This document shows, one piece after another, positions 36,540 to 49,822 of a stretch of 64,000 bases of DNA (positions within the stretch are counted from its first letter, which is position 1; every line of letters begins with the position of its first letter). A program made the translations under genes and the position numbers. The stretch is taken from assembly GCF_963921235.1 (NCBI RefSeq), contig NC_086108.1:65350001-65414000 (forward strand). The letters are read 5' to 3'. This stretch comes from Mobula hypostoma. Taxonomy: Eukaryota. The notes beneath the pieces are model-generated. The model ran no database searches, had not been told where the DNA came from, and saw only the letters and a list, made by a program, of their open reading frames with translations.

Positions 36540-39500
36540 AACATAGAACAGTACACAGAAACAGGCCCTTCGACCCACTATGAAGTGCTGAACCAATTTA
36601 ATTAGTAATCAAATGGTTAACTAAACTAATCCCTCCTGCCTATACTTTGTCCATATCCCTCCATTTCCCTCACCTTCATGTGCCTATCTAAATGTCTCTT
36701 AAAAGTCCCTAATGTATCTGCCTCTACCACCACAGCAGAAAGCGCATTCAGGCACCCATTACTTTCTGTGTTCTTTTAAAAAAACTTGCCCCTCTCATTT
36801 CCTTTGAACTTATCTCTTCTCACTTTAAATGCGTGTCTTCTGGTATTAGACATTTAAGCCCTGGGAAAAAGATACTGACTACCCACTCTATCTATGCCTC
36901 TCATATTCTTATAAGCTTCTATCAGATCTTCCCTCCACTGCTCCAGTGAAAACAATCCAATTTTGTCCAACCTCTCGTTATAGCACATTCCCTGTAATCC
37001 AGGCAGCATCCTGGTAAGCCTCTCCAAAACCTCAACATCCAACAGTGGGGTGACCAGAGCTGTATGCAATACTCCAGGTGCAGCCTAACTAGAGTTTTAT
37101 AAAGATTTATTGTAACTTCCTTACTTTAGACCTCAATGCCTCGACTAACCAAGAATGCATAAGCTGCCGTAACCACCCTATCAACCTATGTAGCCGCTTT
37201 CAGAACTTGGACCCCAAGATCCTTCTGCTCATCAACACTGTTAAGGGTCTTGTTCTCAATAGTGTATTGTCTCTTTGCATTTGACCTTCGAAGGTACAAC
37301 ATTCACATTTGGTGTTGTTAAACTCCATCTACCAATTCCCTGTATTTGCAATTGATCCATATCCCGCTGTACTCTTTGCTAATCTTCTGCACTAATCACA
37401 CACCATCAATCTTCATATGAACTGCAGTTTTCCTAACCTACTCATTTACATTTTCATCCAGGTCATTTACATACATCACAAACACCAGAGGTCCCAGTCC
37501 AGATCTCGGTGGAACACCACTAATCACAGACCTCCAGCTAGAATAAATCCCTTTGACCATGTCGTGGTTTCTTGTTTCTTACAAACAACAAGGAGACGCA
37601 GAAAATCCTTCAAGAAGTTTTAAACTTTAATTTGCAAATCAAAGCTGAGACAATCAGAAAGCTAGTAGCTGACTGCCCATCGAGGCTTGTACACAGCATT
37701 TTTTATAGCAATCTCCTATCTTAGCTACATTATCATATCCAGACGGCCTGTGATCACAAATCATCAATACATCTGCTCTCGACCTTCCACTATTGTTTTA
37801 CTCCCCAATTTAATTATGTCCTAGTTTACTTTTTAGATCAGGTGTCCCCTCATCCCTAACCACAGTTATTTCTTAATTGGTCTTGTTTTGACATGCTGCC
37901 ACATATTTCATTACCCTACTCGCCACCGTTATCTTCCTACTTGGTTTCATTCTAGTTCTCTTCCTGAATTAATAGTGATTAGGTCAAAAGTCATGGCTAC
38001 ATAGTGAATACTTTCCACTGAACTAGTAGCAGTTACATAGTGAATATAGAAAATACAATGTCCCTTTGAGTAAATGCTGTAACAATGTGTACATTTGGGT
38101 AAATACTGCTGAGTAAATATTGTAAATACTGTAATACATAGAAAATACAATGTATGCATTTACATTTTCCAATAACCACTGCCCTGTCTCTTCTATGAAC
38201 AAGTCAGTTCTGAATTGAAACGGTCAGTTCACCATGGATCTTATTCATCTTCATCTTTTGAATGAGCCACCCATGAGGAACCTTGTCAAACACCTTACTA
38301 AAATACATGTAGACAACATCCACAGCTCTACCTTCATCAATCACTCTCACTACCTCATCAAAAAATTCAAAGCCAGTTAGTAAGACACAACTTGCCCTGC
38401 ACAAAGCCATGCTGGCTATCCCTAATTAGGCCATTGTTTTCCAAATCCTCATAAATCCTATCCCTAAGAATTCTCTCCAGTACCTTCCCTACCACTGACT
38501 TGAGACTCACCAGTCTATAGTTTCCAGGGTTATTCCTGGTTCACTTATTGATTGATGGAACAACATTATCTACTCACCAGTCCTCTACAACTTCACCTGT
38601 GGTTAGAGAGCATAGAGATATTGGTCAAGGGCCCAGCAATCTCATTCTGTTCCCTCTCTCAATAACCTGGGGTATATCCCTTCACACAATGGGGACCTAT
38701 CCACCATAATTCTCTTTAAGAAACCCAACACTAAATTCTCCTTTATCTCAATGCCCCAGCCTAATAATACTCTCAGCATGGATCCCCCTATCCTCCACAT
38801 CCGTCTCCTTGGTCAATAATAATGTAAAGCACTCATTAAGGACCTCACTCACATCCTCCATATCCAAGCATATGTTTTGCCCTTTATCCGTAGTGGTCTT
38901 CCCCTCTCCCTAGTCATCCTCTTGTTCTTGATGTATATAAAGAATATCTTTATCCTACTTGCCAAAGACATTTCATGGCCCCTTCTGGCTTTCCTACTTC
39001 CATTCTTGAGTTCTTTTTTTGGCTTGTTTATAATCTTCAAAGGTTCTGTTTGATTCTACTTCCTAAGATTTACATAATATTCCTTTTCCTTGACTGAGTT
39101 ATCACCTCTCTCGACACCCAAGGTTCTCACCTTTCCATCCTTGTCTTTAATTTTGATTCGAACAATTGTCTTTAAACACTCTCCACATGTCCGATGTGGG
39201 CTTGCCTAAAACAGCTGTTCCCAATTAACTGTCCCTAGTTCCTGCCTAATGCTTTATCTTATCGATAGCTTCAGTAAAACTTAAGGAATTGTGGTCACCA
39301 TTTCCAAACTGCTCACCCACTGCTGGGTTGCTCACCTGGCCAGGCTCACTAGCCAACACCAAGCCCAGCACTGCCCCTCTTCCTGTTGGAATCTCTACGT
39401 ATAAATTTAAGGGAAACACTTCTTCTGGATGCATTTAACAAATTCTGCCCCTCTAAACTAAGAAGGTCCCAGTTTATATTTGGGAGGTTGAAGTCTCCCA

Positions 39501-39585
39501 TGACAGCAACCCTATTAGTTTTACACCTTTCCTTAATCTGCCTGCATATCTGTTCATTAATGTTCCAGTAGCTATTGGAGGGATA
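36540..39585 (-). mobile_element. Decayed CR1 LINE (endonuclease to 3' end), interrupted by a solo LTR
   Basis: ORF remnants GEQFGNGDHNSLSF, DVVYMYFSKVFDKVPHG and TRMLPGL. Confidence 0.9.
37560..38174 (-). mobile_element. Solo LTR (615 bp)
   Basis: Starts TGT and ends AATA. 4-bp TSD ACCA at 37556-37559 and 38175-38178. On the minus strand a TATA box (CTATAAAA, about 37700) precedes ATTAAA (about 37630). CR1 sequence resumes on both sides. Confidence 0.75.
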
Positions 39586-39668
39586 CTACCGACGATGGAT
39601 GTACCCATTACGGGCATAAGATTTAATTGTTTGCGTTAAGTGACAAACATTTTATTGCATGTTTGTAG

Positions 39669-39872
39669 GATGGACGGCTTAAGACTGGTGATCGTATACT
39701 ACAGATTGGAGGCACAAATGTCCAGGAGATGGGAAGTGAACAGATTGCTCAGGTCTTGAGGAACTGTGGTAATCGAGTTTGCATGGTGGTGGCCAGAGAT
39801 CCTCAGGATGATTTTTCCTCTGACTATTTAAATGTTGTTCCTTCCATGTCAACTCGGGAACATTCCAATAGT
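39669..39872 (+). CDS. PATJ: PATJ exon, PDZ2 C-half
   Basis: [45 protein letters not shown]...HSNS. Donor gtgagt. Confidence 0.94.
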
Positions 39873-40549
39873 GTGAGTACCACTGATCTGCAATAATAGC
39901 ATAAAATTCAAGTTTTATTTTTCCAATTATAAATTTTTTGTCTATCAAACTGAGGATTATTCCTGTTTAGTAACTGGGCTCAAATCTTTAAAAAAATAGC
40001 ATTTTTAATTTACTATAAATAAAGAATAATTAAAAGGAACTAGCCTGAGACATTGCAGCCGAACTTATTATAATGAATTCATAATTCATGTTTATTCAGC
40101 TTCCATGTATTGTTGATTTTAGTAAATATGCAAAGTATTATGTTAACAATTACCACAATTATGATGATGTAATCCTCAACATTTTCTTTGGGAGCAATAG
40201 AGAGAGCAGGAATATGATCTTGAGTTAGAAGATTTGTCATGATCATACTGAGTGATAGAGCATATTCAAAAAGCGTATTGGCCTATGTCTGTTAATTGTT
40301 TTTGTATGTGAATCTGTGCCATTTTTGGGAACTGTAAAGCAGTAACAATATTTACCTCAAAATAATACATATACACGTTCACTTTGAGAAGTGGCAATTC
40401 TAATTATACTTGTGTGGAAGGTGGCTCATTGAAAACCATCTATTTCTAGTTGGAAAGGACCTAACTAATAACGTGCTCACCTTTGCACAGTTGGGTTCTG
40501 ATCACATCACTTGGTTCAGAGCCATAATCAGGTTTAATATCACTGACAT

Positions 40550-41527
40550 ATGTTATTTGTTTCACTGAACAAACTGCTGCTGTAAGAATAGATGGAGAAG
40601 TGAGTCAGTTTACGAAAATCAAGAGAGGCGTTAGACAAGGAGTGTTTTCTTCCCTGATTTATTTAATGTGTACAATGAAACAATATTACAAAAAATAAGA
40701 CACATCTTGGGAATCAAAGTTGGCAGTGAAAACATCAATAATTTCAGATATGCAGATGACACTGTTAATTGCAAGTACGGAGGAAGAACTTCAAAACTTA
40801 ATTGATATAATTGTTGAAGAAAGTGCAAAAATGGGTCTATCTATCAATTGCAAAAAGACAGAATGTATGGTGATATCCAAAAAGAAGGAGAATCCTATCT
40901 GCAGGCTGAGAATAAATGGGAAAGACATAAAACTAGTACAGAACTTTTGCTACTTAAGAAACTGGGTGACATCAGATGGCAGGTCCGACTTGGACATCAA
41001 AAGAAGAATGGGAATGGGAAAAGGCACCTTTACGAGAATGAACTGTATACTGACCAATACTAAACTAGGCATGACAACCCACCTCAGAGTACTGAAATAT
41101 TAACGTTCATCCAGTTATGTTATATGGCTTAGAATGTTGGACAATATCTAGTAACATGAGGAAACGAATAGTAGTAGCAGAGATATGGTTTTTGAGGAGA
41201 ATGCAAAGAATATCATGGACGAAATGAATATTTGATGAGGATGTCATGAACAGAGCAAACACAAAAAGAGATATAATGTATGAGATCATGAAAAGGCAAC
41301 ATAATTTCATTGGACATGTGATTAGGAAAGAGGAGTTAGAATGCACAGTAATTATGGGAAAGATTGAAGGGAAGAAAGCAAGAGGAAGACAAAGACAAAT
41401 GATGATGGGGACAATAGCCAGAGAACTGGAAATGAATACCAATGAATTGACCCACTTGACCCGAAACAGGAGTGTGTGGGCCATGGCAGTCAAAGCTCAA
41501 AATGGGCATGGCACCTGATGATGATGT
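40550..41527 (+). mobile_element. RTE-clade LINE 3' part
   Basis: GVRQG..SPDLFNVY, NNFRYADDT, GLSINCKKTECMVI and GKIEGKKARGRQR motifs, with a (TGA)n tail. Nested in the tail of a minus-strand Rex1 element (about 40525-42000). Confidence 0.9.
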
Positions 41528-42377
41528 TATAATATTTATTGTTTTGTGGCAGCATTACAGTGCAATGCATAAAAATACTCTAAATTACAGTAAGAAATAT
41601 GTATTAAAAATTAATTTAAATAGGTATTGCATAAAGAGAGCAAAAATAGTGAGGTAGTGTTCATGGGTTGGTTCATATTCCATTCAGAAATCTGGTGGTG
41701 AAGTGGTAGAAGTTGTTCCTAACATATTGAGTTTGTGTCTTCAGACTCCTGTATCTCCTCCATGATGGTAGTAATAAGAAGAGAGCATATCCTGGGTGAT
41801 GGGGATTGTTAAAACTGGATGCAATCTTTTTGAGGCGTTGCCATTTGGAGATGTCCTGGATGCTCAGGAGGCTCGTGCCCATAATAGGGTAGGCTCAGTT
41901 TGTGACCCTCTGCAGCTTTTTCTGATCCTGTGCTCCTCCATACCAGACAGTGATACAACCAGTTAGAATGCTCTCCACGGGACATCTGTAGAAATTTGCT
42001 AGTCTTTTCCAGTCTCTTATCACAGCCTAGATATAAATTTATCAAAAGAGCTGAATTTAGAGCTGAGCTGAGAGTGATTGACTTTGATATTAAGGCACAT
42101 TTTGTCTGAGCATTATAGAAAGCAGCCATCTTAGTCAGTATGAAAACTCTCTTTCTAGCTGAAATAATTTCCAATACAAAGGAAAGTGGCAGCTGTTGTT
42201 GGAGGACTATCATCTGCCAGATTTTAATGCCTGAGATTCTCACGAGTGCCTAGGTTCAGCTACCAGCAGCTTCATCAGTAACACTTGGATCAGAGACAAG
42301 GGTGTTCTCTAATGATTGCATGGTGTGCTGATTACTTGCAACAGCCCAGGTATAACATGAACTGGATGATACTTAGG

Positions 42378-42860
42378 TATCACACACAAAATGCTGGAGG
42401 AACGCACCAGGCCAGACAGCCTCTATAGAAAAGATCAAACAGTCAACATTTTGGGCTGAGACCCTTCACCAGGACTGGAAAAAATTGCCCCCCTCCCTCT
42501 TCCCTCTTCTTATTGCCCATCACCTCCCTCTGGCGCTCCTTCTCCTTCCCTTTCTTTCATGGTCTTCTACCCTCTCCTGTCAGATTCCCCCCTTCTCCAG
42601 CCCTTTATCTCTTTCACCAAACAACTTTCCAGCTCTTTACTTCACCCCCCCCCACCTCCCGGTTTCACCTATCATCTCCCACCTTATACATCTTCCTCCC
42701 GCCCCCCATCTTGCTCTGACTTCTCATCATTTTTTCCCAGTCCTGATGAAGGGTCTCAGCCTGAAATTATGACTGTTTAATCTTTTCCGTAGACGCTGCT
42801 GAGTTCCTGCAGAATTTTGTCTGTGTTGCTTTGGATATTCAGCGTATGCAGATTTTCTTG
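42378..42860 (+). mobile_element. Fold-back Penelope-like terminal insertion
   Basis: Inverted short arm at about 42381-42484 and a degenerate hammerhead at 42739-42774. TSD TGGATGATA(C/T)TTAGG at 42363-42377 and 42861-42875. Confidence 0.85.
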
Positions 42861-43984
42861 TGGATGATATTTAGGGTTAGACTGAAAAATGGTAAGTAAT
42901 AAATGTATCACAAAGAAATGGGCAATGGCTGACTTGAACAAGAAAACATCCAACCATCTTCTCTTGTTATTCAATGTTACTTCTGTCACTAAATCTTCCA
43001 CCATCAGATTTCTGTGGTCCTTGACCAGACACTTGCATTGAACTGCCAAATAAATATCATGGCGACAAAGGTTCATCAGGTGTACAGTGTTCTACAATAT
43101 GAGACTCCATATTTTTCAAAGTCTTTGCACTAGTACAAGTTGAATATGATTAAATTCTCTCCATTTGGCTCAAGGGTGCAGCTTGAACGGCACCTAAAAA
43201 GTTAATACAAACTGGGACAAAGGTGCATGCTTGAATTGAGACCACATTCAATCACCCGAAATGTTCATAACCTCCAGCACCAGCATGGCATGCCTGTAAT
43301 GCATACTTTTTACAAAATGCATTGCAGCAACTTGTGAAGATTTCTTTGATAATATCTCCCAAATCCATGCTCTTTATCATCCAGAGGAATGGCAATATGA
43401 GAGTATTGACCTTCCAAGTTGCACTCCATCTGACTTGCTGTTCCTTCATTGTTATTTGGCTCAGATTCCAAAATTGTCTTGATAAATGTATTGGAGTTTT
43501 CACAACATTCATTGGAGACCAAATGTCGACTAATACTTACTTAAGTCCATCACCCCTACTGGGGCAGCAGCAGCTCACCAGAGTTCTCTGTCCTGGGCCA
43601 GTCTTTCAAGTTATCCCGGGTGTAGCCCATCTGCTCCTTCCTCTCCCAGGGATGAGGCCTTTGGAGTTTCTACTGGTATTTCTGTACCATTAGATTTTTA
43701 CGGGAAACGGTTTCTAGCCTTGTGTCCAACCCTCATCTTTTTGCAGCCGGGCTTTCATCTGTCCATGGTGGAGTTAAATGTCAGCTATTGGAGTATGGTA
43801 AATGCTCTTCCCTACAACACCTAGATGTCACGAATTAAGATAATTTAAAACCATACATTTAAAAATAAAATACTAGTTTTCTAAACATGTTTAAAGAAGC
43901 GTGCATCGATAGCTGGGTTTAATCACAGAAAACTTTCGGCCCACATGAGGTATCTGGCCGATTACTAAAGACTTATTTTGATTA

Positions 43985-45497
43985 ACTGGTTGGTGCGTTC
44001 ACCATTATCTTTAACCTCTGACTTGCGCATTCTGAGGTACCCAAGCAGGCTTCAATATTTTATGGCAGTGCCTAAGGAAAAACATGGTAACTTGCCTCAA
44101 TGATTATCGTCCGGTAGCACTTGCATCCACTGTGATGAAGTGGTTTGAGAGGTTGGTGAGGAAAATTATCAACTCCTGCCTGAGAAGTGACTTGGATTCA
44201 CTCCAATTTGCCTACCATGATAACAGGTCAACAGCAGATGCCATCTCATTGACTCTTCACTCAATCCTGAAATGTCTGGACAGTGAAGATGCATACATCA
44301 GGATGCTCTTCATTGACTATAGCTCAGCATTCAGCACTATCATCCCCTCAAAACTAAATCAATAAGCTTCAAGTCTTAGGCCTCAATACCTCCTTGTGCA
44401 ACTGGATCTTCAATGTCTTCACTTGCAGACCACAGTCAGTTTGGATTGGCACCAACATCTCCCCCACAACCACACTTAGTGCAGGTGCACCACAAGGCTG
44501 TGTGGTTAATCATGTGCTCTAGTCGCTGTATACTTACAACTGTGAGGCTAAGCACAGTTCCTGTGCCATATTTAAGTTTGCTGATGACAACACTGTCATT
44601 GGCGGGATCAAGGTAGTGACAAATCAGCATATAGGAGGGAGATTGAAAATCTGGCTGAGTGGTGCTAGAGTAACAACTTCTCACCAGAGGTCCATAAGCC
44701 AATCTTCATTAGGGGGAGGGTTTCAGAGGTGGAAAGAGTAAGCAACTTTAAATTCCTCACTGTTATCATTTCAGAAAATCTGTCCTGACCACAGCAGCGC
44801 CTCTATTTCTGTAGAAGTTTGCAAATATTCGGCATATCATCTGAAACTCTGACAAACATCTATAGATGTGTGGTGAAGAGTGTATTGACTGGTTGCATCA
44901 TGTCCTGGCATGAAAACACCAATGTCCTTGTATGGAGAATCCTATAAAAAGTAGCGGATATGGCCCAATCCATCACGGGTAAAGCTCTCCTAACTATTGA
45001 GCACATCTACAAGGAGTGCTGTCGCAGAAATGCCACATCCATTATCAAGAACCCTGCAGGTCATGCTCTCTTCTCACTGCTGCCATTAGGAAGGGGTACA
45101 GGAGCCTCAGGACCCACACCACTAGGTTCAGGAACAGTTATTATTCTTCAACCATCAGACCCTTGAACCAGAGAGGGTAACATTACTCAACTTCACTCAC
45201 CCAATCACTGAACTGTTCCCACTGAACTGCACTCACTTTCACAAACTTTTCATCTTATGTTCTTGATATTTAATGATTGTTTATTATTATTATTATTTCT
45301 TTTTTTTCTCTCACTTTGTATTTGCAGAGTTTGTTTTTTTGACATTAGCTGTTTTCTGCCCTGTTGCGTGTGGTCTTTCGTTAATTCTATGTGTTTCTTG
45401 TATTTTCTGTGTTTCCCTGCAAGAAAATGAATCTCATGGTTGTATATGGTGACATATATATAAGTTGATAATCAATTCACTTTTAATTTTGAACTTT
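43985..45497 (+). mobile_element. Rex1/Babar LINE RT plus tail
   Basis: LNDYRPVALAS..LQFAY..RSTADAI..MLFIDYSSAF and FKFADDNT motifs. Confidence 0.9.
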
Positions 45498-45509
45498 GGT
45501 TTTGCATTC

Positions 45510-45865
45510 TGAGGAACAGCAGTACAGCACAGAAAGAGGCTCTTTGGCCCACCGAGTCATTACTGACCATCAACTACACATTTATGCTAACCCTACATTA
45601 ATCCCAGAATATAGTCTCCCTACATTTTCATAGATTGTCCCAAGATTCTACTGCTCACCTACACTTCTATATTTCTAGTGGGCAATTAGCTACCAACCCA
45701 CCCATCTTTGGCATGAGGGAGGAGACTAGAGGAGGTGGAGGAAAGGTAGTAATCACAGGGCAGAGGCGCAATCTCTACACACACAGGACCTGAGGTCATG
45801 ATTGAACTTGGGTCTCTGGTACAGTTGGGGCAGTGGTGTTGCAAACTGCACCATTGTGTCACCCA
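45510..45865 (-). mobile_element. V-SINE/HE1-like SINE
   Basis: Reverse-complement tRNA head and CR1-like tail (ACAGCACAGAAAGAGGC). Confidence 0.65.
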
Positions 45866-46479
45866 ATAATTTTGCCATGTTTGGGTTTAAGCTCATTGTT
45901 GTGAGCTTGGTTCAAGTAGGAAAGGCAGTGTTCAGTTTAAACATTTGAGTTGGCCTCCTGCTATTTTCCACAATAGTGCTTTTTTAATCTGACTGATCCA
46001 ATTCACTTGGGGTCTCGGGGTAAATGGCCTTGCTTTGCTAGATGTGAGTGCCAAATTATCTTTTGATATGTAAACTAAGTTGTTGCTTCTCTGAGTTAAT
46101 GGGCATATGTTGTAGAACTTTAAATACTGCTATAAAGTTCTCTGTTTGATATTTGAAGTTCCGCAAGTATGTATAGCAGATTAATGTTAGCTGTAGCCTG
46201 TGTTTGTCTTTGTGAAGCTTGTAGCTACATAAATTATCCTCTGTGGTGAATGGTTAGGATTGCTTCTGTTTCCCTCATGGGATGAATACATTCTGCAGAG
46301 CAATTTGGGGCTCTACATCCTTTACAGGGGTTGCTAATATTCAGAGAACTGGGCTAAATTATCGTTGATGAATTTCACTGGATTCCCCAGCTTCTCATTT
46401 TGGTATTAGGAAAGAGGTGTACACGGTCAAATTGATCCATAACTGCATCTGAGATTATTGCTGCTTGTACATATGGGAG

Positions 46480-49400
46480 TGGGGGGCTGTAGTAAGAATG
46501 AGCAACCAATCCATGCCACTGTGAGCAGCAAAGGACTAAATTAAAATGTGGAACAAAAACCTAATAAACTCTGGATTGTTACCTGAGCCTCTTGCAAATT
46601 GGCACAGGATTAATGAGATCAGAGAGTTAAATGCATGGCTTGTAGATTGTTGTGGGAGAAGTAGGTTTGAATTTGTGGGACATTGGCACCAGTATTGGGG
46701 AAAGAGGGAGCTGTTCCGATGTGACAAGCTCCACCTGAACCAGGCTGAGTTCAGGATCCTGGAAATCGCACTACTAAGGTTGTCGATAGGGTTTTAAACT
46801 AAGTAGTAGGTGGGTGAGCTCAACAGTTTGGAGAAGAACGGACAAAGTTAAAGGGAAGGAGAATGCTGGAGAGGTTACTGAAGTCTCCAGAATAAAGAAT
46901 AAGACCAAGTTTCGAAAGGGATAAAAATTTAATTTCAGGCAACATGGAGATAAAATTGAGAAGAAGGGTGGTGAATGCAGAACTGGAGGTGTTTTCTTTG
47001 AACGTATGCAGTATATGAAATAAGGTAGAGTGGTTAGAAATCAGCAGCTATGGTGTTGTGGGCATTACTGAGTCATGGCTGAAAGGAGATCACTGCTGGG
47101 AGCTGAACATCCAAGGATGCATATCCTATTGGAAAAGTGGGCAGAGGGGTTGGGGTGGCTCTGTTGGTTTTAAAGATAAAGAAATAAAGTCCTTAAAATG
47201 AATTGACACAGGATGAGAAGATGTTAAATCCTTGTGGGCAGTGTTAAGAAAATGCAAATGTAAAAAGACTCTGATGGGTCTTTAGAGACATCCGAGCAGT
47301 AGCCAAGATATGGGATACAAATTACAATGGGAACGAGAAGACATAAAAAGGGCAATGGTAGGATGCTCATGGGGGAATTTTAATATGCAGATACTGTAGT
47401 TAGGAAAAATCAGGTTGATACTGGATCCCAAGATGAGAAATTTGTACAATGTCTACATGATGGGTTTTTAGAGCAGCTTGCGGTTGAGCCCAGCAGAAAA
47501 ACGTAAATTCTAGATTTGGTGTTGTGCAATGAACCAGATTTCACTACAGAGTCTATGGTAAAGGAACCTTTTCAGGAGAGTGATCATTGTATGATAGAAT
47601 TTAACCTGCAGTTTGAGAGGGAGAAGTTAAAATCAGATGTATTGGTTCTACATTTGAGTAAAGGTAATTACAGAGGCATGAGAGAGGAGCTGGCCTAAGC
47701 TGATTGGAAGGGGACACCTGCGGGGATGACCAGAGGGCATTAATAGTTGGAGTTTCTGGGAATAATTCAGCAGGTGTAGGATTGGTTCATTCCAAAGAAG
47801 AAGAGGCATTCTAAAGAGAGAATGAGGCAACTGTGGCGGACAAGGGAAATCAAAGACAAGATAAAAGCAAAAGAAAGGGCATACAATATAGCAAAATTAG
47901 TGGGGAGCTAGAGGATGTTTGTAAAAACCAACAGAAGTCAACAATAAAGCACTGAAAAAAAAAGATGAAATATGGTGTTAGCTAGCCAATATTATATAAC
48001 AGTATACCAAAAGTTTTTTTTTAAGATATACTGTATAAAGAGTACAAGTGAGGCAAGAGCGGTCATTGGGCTGTTGGAAAATGACGCTGGAGAGTTAGTA
48101 ATGAGGTACAAAGAAATAGTATATGAATTGAATAAGTATTTTGCTTCAATCTTCACTATGGAAAACACTATTAGCATGCCGAAAAATTTGAGAGAGTCGG
48201 GGCAGAAAGGATTGGAGTTGCTATTAGTAAAGATTAGGTGCTTGGGAATATGAAAGGTCTGAATGTAGATAAGACACTTGGACCAGATGGAATACACTCC
48301 AGGGTTCTGAAAGGAGCAGCTGAAGAGATTGTGGAGGCATTAGTAGTGATTTTTCAAGAATCACTAGATTCTGGAATGGTTCTGAAGGACTGGAAAATCA
48401 CAAATGACTAAGAAGGGAGGGAGGCAGAGGAAAGGAAATTATGGGCCAGTTAGCTTGATTTCAGTGGTTGATAAGATGTTAGAGTCTATTATTAAGGATG
48501 AGGTTTCAAGAGGCAAATGGTGAAATAGGCCGAAGTCAGCATGGTTTTAATAAGGGAAAAGCTTGCCTGACATATCCGTTGGAATACCTGGAAGAAGTAA
48601 CAGGCAGGATAGACAAGGGAGAATCAAGGTATGTTGTTTACTTGGATTTTCAGAAGGCTTTAACAATGTACTGTACATGAGTTTGCTAATCAAGACAGGA
48701 GTCCGTTGTATTACATGAAAGATACTAGAATGGACAAAAGATTGGCTGACTGGCAGAACCCAAAGAGTGACAATGAAGTGGACCATTTCTGGTTGGTTGC
48801 TGGTGACTGGTGGTGTTCCGCAGGGGTCTGTATTGGGTTTGCTACTTTTTGTGTTATACGTTAATGATCTGGATATCAGAATTGATAGCATTGTGGCCAA
48901 GTTTGTGGATGCTACAATTAGGTGAAGGGGCAGGTAGTATTGAGGAAATAAGGAGTCTGCAGAAGGACTTGGACAGATTTAGAGACTAGGCAAAGACTTG
49001 GAACATAGAACACAGCACAGAGAAGTATATTGTCCTGCAGTTTGGTTGGCAGAATTAAAGGTGCAGACTATTTTCCAAATAGGGAGCAAATTCAGAAATC
49101 AGAGGGCAAGGAAACTTGGAAGTTCTGCTGCAGGATTCCATAAAAATTATAGAAGGATTATTGGAAGTTGAGTCATTAGTAAGGAGGGCAAATGCAATGT
49201 TAGCATTCATTTTGAGAGGACTAGAATATAAAAGCAAACGTGTAATGCTGAGATTTTATAAGGCATTGGTCAGATGTCACTTGAAATACTGTGAGCAGTT
49301 TTGGGTTTCATCCCGAAGTAAGGATGTGCTGACATTGGAGAGGGTCTAGAGGAGAATTACGAGACTGATCCCTGGAATAAAAGGGTTAATGAATGAGGAC

Positions 49401-49822
49401 CATTCGATGGCTCTGAGCCTTTACTCCCTGGAATTTAGAAGAATGATGGGATCTCATTGAAACCTACTGAATATTGAAAGGTCTGGATAGAATGGACCTG
49501 GAGAGAATATTTCCAATTGTGGGGAGGGTCTAAGACTAGAGAGCACAGCCTCAGAATAGAAGTACATTCCTTTAGAATAGGGAGGAGGAGAAATTTTAGC
49601 CAGAGAGTGGTGAACCTATGAAATTTATTGCCACAGATAGCTGTGGAGATCAAATCATAGAGTATATTTAAAGTGAAGTTCTTGACTATTAAGGGTGTCT
49701 AAAGTATTAGGGAGAAGGCAGGAGAATGGCATTAAGATGGAAAATAAATAAATCAAGCACGATCAAATAGTGGAGCAGACTCAATGAGCTGAAAAACCTA
49801 ATTCTTCTCCTTTTGATCTGTG
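46480..49822 (+). mobile_element. Long decayed CR1 LINE: ORF1 esterase end plus full ORF2
   Basis: SGLLPEP..ELNAWL..FEFVGHWHQYWGKRELFRCDKLHLN (SGNH-like), then endonuclease (GITESWL, SDHCMIEF) and RT remnants, and a 3' UTR. Confidence 0.9.

Noticed and set aside
42739..42774. Functional hammerhead at 42739 (also about 34548 and 55529)
   Set aside because: The cleavage triplet, the palindromic ACGT or helix II is mutated, so these are treated as decayed copies.
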